Assembly: GCA_004431415.1 (NCBI GenBank)
Contig: QPMI01000209.1
Location: 1 to 64,000 of the forward strand
From: Cyanophora paradoxa CCMP329
Taxonomy: Eukaryota > Plantae > Glaucophyta
Length of the DNA: 64,000 nucleotides
Direction of reading: 5' to 3'
Shown piece after piece: positions 56,401 to 64,000 of the stretch. Both the position numbers and the translations under genes were made by a program. Numbering within the stretch: the stretch's first letter is position 1; each line of letters starts with the position of its first letter. The notes under the pieces were generated by a model. That model saw only the letters and a program-made list of their open reading frames with translations, was not told the DNA's origin and made no database searches.

Positions 56401-58819
56401 CCCCGCGCACCGCCCCGGGGCGGCGCTTGAAGGGCGGCGGCGCGGCAGGTTCGAGCCGGTGATCGTGACGCTGATCGCGGCGGACGCGGCCATCCTGCTC
56501 GCCAACTCGGCCGACCAGACCAAGGCCGTCGACGAGGGCCTCATGGTCCGCCCGCCCCCGCCCGCCCCCCGCCCCCCCGCCCCCCCCCCCCCTTCTCGAG
56601 CCGGGCGGCAGTGGACGAGCTTCGCGCTGAGCGTCGTATTCATCGTGGAGATCGCGCTGCGCATCCTCGCCCTCGGCCCCCGCCAGTTCCTCCGCGACCG
56701 CTGGCGCTGCCTCGACCTCCTCATCGTCGGCTTCACCGCCGCCAGTGCGCCCCGCCTCGACCGTCCGTGCCGGCCCCGGGCGAGGCGGCTCTGACGCCGG
56801 CCGCGCGGCAGGCTCGGCGGCGGACGTGGCGATCTTCTACTCGCGGCCCGGGGAGAGCAACCGGGTGACGGCGGCGCGGGGCCTCCGCGTCCTCCGCATC
56901 GCCCGCGTCTTCCGCCTCTTCACCCGCACCAAGGTCCGCCAGGCGGAGGGCGGTGGGGGCTGGGTTACACCCTAGTCACACCGTAGTGATCGCAAGAGAC
57001 GCTCGCCACGCCTCCGCTCGCCGGGGCCGCTCGCCGGGGCCGCTGACCGGGGCGGGGCGCGGGGCGGGCAGTCGCTGTCGCTGCTGTTCGACACGTTCGC
57101 GGACTGCCTGCCGGGGCTCGCCGAGCTCTCCGTCTTCTTCCTCCTCCTCGGCTTCGTCTGGGCCGTCATCGGCGTCCAGGCCTTCGGCACCCAGCGCCGC
57201 GCCGTCCGCCCCCGCCGCCCCCTCCCCCGCCGCCCCCGCCGCCCCTCCTTCCTCCCCCCGACGCGCCCCGTGCCCCGCCCCCTGCGCAGGGGAACGTGGA
57301 CGTGCACGCCAACTTCGAGCACGTGGGGTACGCGGCGCTCAGCCTCTTCGGCTTCGCCACCGCCGACCGCTGGAACGACGTCATGTGGTCCATCGCCGTG
57401 CGCCCCCGCCACCCCCGCCCGCCCGCCCGCCCGCACGCCACGCCGGCCGCGCCCGCCCGCCCTCACCGCCTCCCTCTCTCTCCCCCGCCAGAAACCGGCG
57501 CCGGAGGACTGCCCTGAGGGCCCCGGGGCGTGCGACGCGCCGGCCGCCCCCCTCTACTTCACCACCTGGATCTGGCTCTCCCGCGTCCGCCCTCCGCCCC
57601 ACCCCGTCCGGCCCCGCCCCGCCTCACGCAGCCCCGCCCCCTCAGCTCGTCTTCATGAACCTCATCGCCGCCGTCTGCGTGCGCCGCCCCCGCGGACGGG
57701 CCCCCGCCCCCGCCCCGCCCGCCCCGCCCCGCCCCGCCCGGCCCCGCCCGACCGCCCCGCGCGCGCAGATCGACGCGTTCCAAGTGAACGCGCGGGAGCG
57801 GCTGCACCTGGTGCGGCGGCGCGACGTGGAGCGCTACCTCCGCTGCTGGCAGAAGTACGACCCGACCGCCTCCGGCTGCATCCGCGCCCACGTCCGCCCC
57901 GCCACGCCCCGCCCCCCACCTCGGTCCTCCCGCCACCCGAGCGGGCCGGCGCAGGCGCACCTGGTGCCGCTGCTGACGGACATCGGGCCGCCCCTCGGCC
58001 TCCGCCACGACGCCACCCGCTCCGACATCCTCCGGTGCCCCCTCGCGGCTCCTCCCCCGCCCGCCTCTGCGCCTCGCGCTCAGGCGGGGGCAGGTTCGTG
58101 CGGTCGCTGCGGATCCCGCTGGTGTACGGGGTCCACCTGCAGTACCGCGTCCTCCTCCACGCCCTCATCGACCGCACCTACATGCTCGCGTGCGCCCCAG
58201 CAGGCCCAGCCCGCCCGAGCCGCGCCCGAGCCGGGGCGGGCCGGGCCCCCAGGCTGGTGCCCATGGTGCCCGAGATCGACCGCGAGGCGCGCTTGGGGTA
58301 CATGCGCGAGTGCCCCGTGCTGCGGCCCTACAGCGGGCCCGAGCGCGACACGCTCCACACGTCGCCCACGGTCCGCCCGCCGCCGCCCGCCCTGCTCGCC
58401 CTGCTCGGCCGCCTCGTGACGCGAGGGGGGTACAGGTGGCGGAGATCTTCGCGGCGCTGGCGGTGCAGCAGCAGTGGCGGCGCATTCTGCGGGCGCGGGC
58501 GAGCTCGCGGTTCATCGTACCCCCCGTGCACGACGTCTTCAGCGCGATCACGCGGCCGGACAAGCCGGCGGAGGGGGACGAGGGGTACGAGAGCGACGAG
58601 GCGGAGACGGAGCACGTGGTGGTGACGGGCATCCGGGCGCGGGCGGAGGCGGCGCGGGCGCTCAACGCCCCGACCATCGCCGAGCTCGTGGCCCCCGCGC
58701 CGCTGAGCCCCGAGGAGGAGGAGGAGGAGAGGAAGAGGAAAGAGCGCAAGAAGAAGGGGAGCAAGGAGGGGAGCCGGCGCGGCGGCGGCCTCGAGGAGAA
58801 CGACAGCTCGTCGGTCTAG
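50497..58819 (+). CDS. Four-domain (4x6TM) voltage-gated cation-channel-family alpha subunit (Cav/Nav/NALCN superfamily) with atypical filter
   Basis: Four S4 helices: LRALRVLRTLK, FRFFRLVRVAR, RVLRVFRVLRPLRLIR and RGLRVLRIARVFR. Four P-loops. III-IV linker MTTDQKQW. C-terminal EF-hand-like WQKYDPTASG..IGPPLG and IQ-like AALAVQQQWRRILR. Stop at 58817-58819. Confidence 0.93.
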
Positions 58820-59353
58820 CGCCCGCCCAGAGCGTTCTCGAAAGATCGTCAAATAATATGCGCGGGAGCACCGGTTGTCGAAAAGTACTTTCTGTAACTA
58901 GCAGCGCGCCGCGGCGCCGGATATTGATTGCGTGATATTAATCGCTGTCTGAATGCATGCTCACTTATTCTGCAACTAGACCGTGACCTGCAGTGAAGTC
59001 TTCTGCGATTGCCACCCCTTCAAATTCAAGCTCAAACCGCCTACTTATACTATACCGACAATACAAATTGCAATTGGAGCGAAACAAGCGAATTCAAAGT
59101 ACAGGCGAAGGGAAAAGGAACTGCATACATTTACAGGCGCGCAAGCCCTAGCGCGAGCCTCGAGAGATCTAGCATAGAAGACACAGGGCAGCTGCGCCGG
59201 AAGGGCGCCCTGCCACAACTGAAAGATGCCCAAACGAGGGACGCTGCACCGCTAAGCTCTGCGGGTGATTCGGATGCTGGCGCGAAAGGGATAGAAAAGG
59301 AGGAGGAGAAAGCCGCCGACGCGAATCTGCGACTGGCGCTACTGGAGCGGGCC

Positions 59354-61377
59354 TCAGTAGGCCCCGTAGGAGGCGCCCCAGCCGCCGCGCAGGCGGGGCG
59401 AGCGCGCCCCGCTCTTCATGCTCGAGCGGTGGATGCCGCCCTCGGGGCCCGCACCGGGGCGCCCCGGGCCGTACGCCAGCGAGGAGCTGCCGGTCCCCGT
59501 CGAGCTGCTGGCGGCGCCGGGGTAGAGGGCGCTGCTGGCGGCCGACTGCGAGGGGGCCCCGTACGTGCTCGAGCTGTCGTCCTCCCGCTCCCGGTCGTCC
59601 CGCCCCGGGGCCCCGGGGCCCGGGCCCAGCCCGGGGGGCACGCCCACCGAGCCGAGGTCCGGCGCGTAGCCCCCGCGGGACATGGCGCGCCGCTGGGCCT
59701 CCATGCGCGCCTCGTTGCCCTTCTCGCCCCTGTAGCGTATCTTGACGGGCCCGCTCGTCTTGAAGAACTTCTTCACGTTGTACGACATCGCGTGGCGCTC
59801 CTTCTCCCCCGGGTGCGAGTAGCGGAGCTCCCAGCTGCCCGTGCGGCCCGTCACCTCCAGCTTGATCAGCGCGCAGTAGCCCGTCATCGTGTCGGCGCCG
59901 TGGCGCGCCCCGCAGAGCCCCTCGACCATGTGCGCCGCCGTCTGCCGGTCTGCGCGGGGCGTCGGAGGGGGAGGGCCCCCGGCGCCCTCGTCTCTGGGGC
60001 GCACGGGTGACGACGAGGACGTTTAGTCCCTTCTTGACGCAGTACTCCCCCGAGATGAACGCCGCCGCCCGCCGCGCCCGCTCGCTCAGCCCGTGCACCG
60101 TCTCCGGGAACTTCGGGATCGTCACCGGGCCCTGCCGCCGCGCACCGTCAGTCCCCGCCGCCGCTTCGGGCGCACCCCAGCGAGTGGGGGCCCGCTCGCC
60201 TGGCACTTGAGGCCCGGGAAGTTGAACTCGAGCATCTTCGCCGGCAGCGAGTTGTACCTGCGCGGGCGGGCGGGGCGCCGCGCCGCGTGAGCCGCGCGGG
60301 CGGCCGGCAACGGCGCGCGCGCTCCGACCCCACCCCCGCGCACTCGAGCTCGGGCGTCTCGAAGAACTCGCTGTTCTTCTTCGTGATGTGCGCCGCGAGC
60401 TCCTCCATGACCTGCCCCGCGCCCCGCCGCTAAGCCCCCGGCGCGGGCGCGGTCGAGGGCGGCGGGCGCCGGCCGCACGTAGATGGGCGCCTTGATCCAC
60501 CGGTTCGCGACTGCCGCCGTCTGGAGCCTGCCCGCGGAGCGCTCAGCGGGCCGTGGCGTGGCGGGGGCCCGGGCGGCCGGAGCCGGGGCAGGACGCACGC
60601 TCTCCAAAACGGACTGACGAAGATGATGTCAATGCGTCCGCTCGGGCCGGCCTCGTTCACTGCGGCCGATGGAGTGAGCGCTCCGGTGGGCCGCGACCGG
60701 CCGGCGCGGGCGCGCCGCGGCCGATCGCTCGCTCCGGCGGCCGCAGCTAAGCTAAGCGCACCTCTCCTCGCCATCCGCCGCCCGAGCTCTTGCGCGTGTC
60801 TCATGCCGTCATGGCTCAGAGGCGGGTCTGGGGCGCGACACGCGGTCAGATTGGCTTTAGATGGAACGGAGAGAAAGAATTCTGCGCGGACGAACCGTAC
60901 GCTGCAAGGGCCGGGCATCGCGCAGGGGCAGAGTGACGTGCCGTTAGCAATGCCAGCGGGACGCGGCAGCGGGACGGGGCCAAACGCACGAAAATCAGCA
61001 TCTAAAGGTTGATAGAGACAGGACGACGTGGCGTTAGCAAAGCCAGCGGGACGCGGCAACGCGCCGCCCCCCCAAACGAAGGCGGCGGCAGCCCGCGGCA
61101 CGGCTCTTTCGCGGACCTTGTTGCCAGACTGAATTGACCTGTAAACTCATAATCAGAGCGGCAGCAGTGAGGCGGAGCCGTGAGGCGGCGGGAGACGCAG
61201 GACGAGGTTTCCAGGGCTACTAGGTCCGCTAGCGACGACTCTAGTGGCAGGAAAGGCCGCGCACCCAGTCTTCTCGCTCTCCGTGCCTGCAGATGTATAA
61301 AGCTGCGACAGAACGGAGAGTGAGCTCAGGGCAGGGGCAGAAGGGTCGAGGCCGCGAAGGCTCGCGAACTTACCCAT
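59354..61377 (-). CDS. Histidine phosphatase (phosphoglycerate-mutase superfamily)
   Basis: Spliced reading: MA|LYICRHGEREDW|VNSVWQQ|DADF|PY|DPPLSHDG..., then IFVSPFW..LQTA and NVLVVT|HRQTA (second His), YCALIKL, and a Ser/Gly-rich tail ending TGA at 59354. Confidence 0.9.
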
Positions 61378-61578
61378 CTCTGTGGGCTGCGCTGACTAGG
61401 AGATTGTTTGGTTGCTCTATGCCTCGTGTTGGACCAGCCCTAAAGTCGCCTCTTGCTCCGGTGATCGATCGTAAACGGCTCCAGCGCAGTCACTGCAATC
61501 ACCGTACCCCCCGGAGGTGAGGCGGCACTGAGGCCCCATCGCTCTCCGCCCGCCCCGGCGCCGGCCGAGAGCTCCAAA

Positions 61579-63583
61579 ATGACCAGCCCGGAGCATTATA
61601 CAACGCACACCTGCTTCGCGGCAGTGGCGCCAGCTCCGCACGCCGCTGTCCGGCCTTGCACGCGACCCCCCAATTCGCATGCAGCGGCGGCGCCGGCGGC
61701 CGGCCCAGCGCGTACGTTCTTCGGCGAACGCATCACGCGAGCGCGCCGCCCTGTCGCGCAAGCGCGCCGGGATCGGCCAGCTGCAGGGTTGGCAGGCGGA
61801 TCGGGGCCCGTACGCGTGCTGGCGAGCGCCGCGGCGCCGGTGCAGCTTGATGGCCCTGCGGCCTGGTACGCGGCCGACTTCGCGGGCGACGTCGACCAGA
61901 GCCGCTGGATCCTCGAGCTGGACGGCCGGCAGCGGGCCGAGCTGGACGAGGCGGTCGAGCGCGTCAAGCGGGAGAAGGGGACGGAGGCGCAGCGCGCGGG
62001 CTGGCAGCACGTGATCCCCCGCCTGACGCGGTCGGACTTCGCGCTCCCGACGCTGGCGCCGCTGCTGCGGGAGATCCAGGAGGGCCTTGTCCACGGCAAG
62101 GGCTTCCACCTCGTGCGTTCCCCGCCCGCCCGCCGGCCGCCCCTCTCCTCCCCAGCAGAGCGTTCGCACGCCAGATCCGCGGGCTCCCCGCGCCGCCGGC
62201 GACGACGCTGGACTCGGCGCTGGCGTTCTGGGCCATCGGCGCCCACGTCGGCGACGCCGTCCCTCAGAACGCCCAGGGCGCGCCGCCCCGGCCCGGCCGC
62301 CTCTCCTCCCGCGCGGCTTCCTGATCATGACCGCTGGGCCTGGCAGGGCACGTGCTGGGGCACGTGAGGGACCTGGGGGCCGACCCCTCGCTCCCCACGA
62401 CGCGCATCTACACCACGCGCGAGGCCCAGCGGTGCGGGCCGGGGGCGCCCCCGCCCGCTCCCTCCCGCCTGCACTTGAGTTCGCGACGGGGCGCGCAGGT
62501 TCCACACGGACAGCTGCGACATCGTCGGCCTCATGTGCCTCGCCAAGGCGCCGGCCCCTGCTGGTCCAACCCCGCCCGCCGGACCCGAACCCGAACCCGC
62601 GCCCCGCAGGCGAAGGAGGGCGGCCTCTCCTCCTGGTGCTCCTCCGTCACGGCGCGCCCGCCCCCTCCCCGCCCCCAGCGCCGGCGCCCGGTCCGACGGT
62701 CCTGGGGGAACAGGTGTACAACGAGATGGCGAGGCGCCACCCCGAGCTGGTCGCGGAGCTGACGAGCGAGGCGCTCGTGTGGGACCGCAAGGGCGAGATC
62801 CCCGCAGGCAAGGCGCGCCCCGGCGGCCGCACCCCCCTCGCCATCGCAGCCCTCGCCCCCCCCGCTGAACGCGCCCGCGCCCCCGCCGGCGCCCGCGCAG
62901 CTGGCGTACTACAGCGGGGCGGTGATGAACTGGACGGGGGAGGGGCAGCTGAGCACCATCTACGACCGCTCCTTCTTCTTCGCCGCCCAGGCGCGCTTGG
63001 CGGCTCCGCCCCCGACGGCGAGCCCGCCCCCGCCCCCGCGCTCACGCCGCCCCGCAGCGCTTCCCGGAGGTCCCCCGCCTCACCGAGCGCCAGGTGCCGG
63101 CCGCCCCGGCAGCGGCGCTGTACCCCCCCCCCGGGGGGGGGGGGCGCGTCTGAGGTGGCGCAGGTGGCGGCGTTCGAGGCGCTGGAGGCGACGTGCGCGC
63201 GGGAGGACGTGAGCCTCCGCTTCGCCCTCGAGCCCGGCGACGTCCAGGCCCGCCCGCCCGCCCCGCCCGCCCCGGCGCCCGCCCCCGCGCCCGCGCCACG
63301 CCCCCGCCCCCTCCTCGCGCCGGCGCCGAGGCCTTTTCGGGCGCAGCTGCTCCACAACCACACGACGCTGCACGCGCGCTCCGCCTTCACCGACCACGCG
63401 CCCCCGCGCGGCAAGCGCCACCTCCTGCGCCTCTGGCTCAGCGCCCCCAACGGGCGGCCCCTCTCGGGCACCGCCTTCTCCGAGCGCTACGGCGGCGACC
63501 TCTCCTCCCCGGGGGCCCTCCGCGGCGGCATCCGCACCCCCGGGCAGGAGCCATACGCCCCGCTCGACGTCGACGCGGGGTAG
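61579..63583 (+). CDS. TauD/TfdA-family Fe(II)/2-oxoglutarate dioxygenase with probable organellar transit peptide
   Basis: LGHVRDLG, R|FHTDSCDIVGLMC (HxD), EGGLSSWCSS, LLHNHTTLHARSAF (distal His) and RHLLRLWL. Ala/Pro/Arg-rich N-terminus containing RTFFG. Stop TAG at 63581-63583. Confidence 0.9.
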
Positions 63584-63809
63584 CTTCCGATGTTCGAAAT
63601 TCGAATTTGTAAAGTATAATAAAAGCAGCAAAATACAAGACGACAAATCTGCACGCGACTGGTGATGCAATTGAAAGGGATCCCGAGGACGCGCTCGAGC
63701 TCGCCACTATACGCCGAGCGTCTAGCTTATAGCCAGAAGTGATCATGAAACGAGAGTATACGTACAGCGAAAAGAGAAAACGGATGTGAAGGGGCGGCGA
63801 GGGGCGGGG

Positions 63810-63989
63810 CTACCGCTTGGGGGCGGGGGGCGGGTTGTGCGGGGCCCGCGAGCAGATGGCGCCGCAGACGGCGTCCTGCAGGGACATGTTGTTGCGCAGG
63901 CGGAGGCCCGAGAAGACCGCCTCCAGCTGCCGCTTCCGGTTCCTCAGCGGCACCTTGATGTCGTACGGCACCTCCTCCTCCCGGATCGC
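63810..63989 (-). CDS. Last exon of an unidentified gene extending beyond the window
   Basis: CAG acceptor, then 60 GC3-biased codons AIREEEVPYDIKVPLRNRKRQLEAVFSGLRLRNNMSLQDAVCGAICSRAPHNPPPAPKR*, then an AT-rich 3' flank. Confidence 0.7.
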   Translation of the reverse strand, partial: AIREEEVPYDIKVPLRNRKRQLEAVFSGLRLRNNMSLQDAVCGAICSRAPHNPPPAPKR

Positions 63990-64000
63990 CTGCCGCCCCG

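Overview
This is nuclear DNA from a very GC-rich, intron-dense eukaryote. It looks like an alga or protist (glaucophyte- or haptophyte-like), but the organism cannot be fixed from sequence alone. Almost all ORF-track entries are exon fragments or GC shadow frames. Manual splicing gives, in order: (1) a 5'-partial DNA polymerase theta (37-8158, +); (2) an FZL/mitofusin-type dynamin-like GTPase (8595-12184, +); (3) a non-autonomous CACTA transposon with 42-bp TIRs and a GAA target duplication (12659-17543), carrying a 143-bp exon+intron tandem array; (4) a ~19-kb gene for a giant surface protein with LamG, Cys-pair repeat, IPT and PKD domains and a multi-TM region (~17855-37223, +); (5) an apparently intact Ngaro/PAT-type tyrosine-recombinase retrotransposon with split direct repeats (38429-43923, -); (6) a GH63-like glucosidase (44115-49713, -); (7) a four-domain voltage-gated channel (50497-58819, +); (8) a histidine phosphatase built from microexons (59354-61377, -); (9) a TauD-family dioxygenase (61579-63583, +); and (10) the last exon of another gene. 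The most striking signal is the channel's selectivity filter, which reads S/D/S/D with arginines at the next position in three domains. Other highlights are an atypical splice code (many GC donors, G[T/C]VCGC consensus, hairpin-like introns), the giant receptor-like protein, and the Ngaro junction-to-target similarity. Exon boundaries were read by hand and are provisional.
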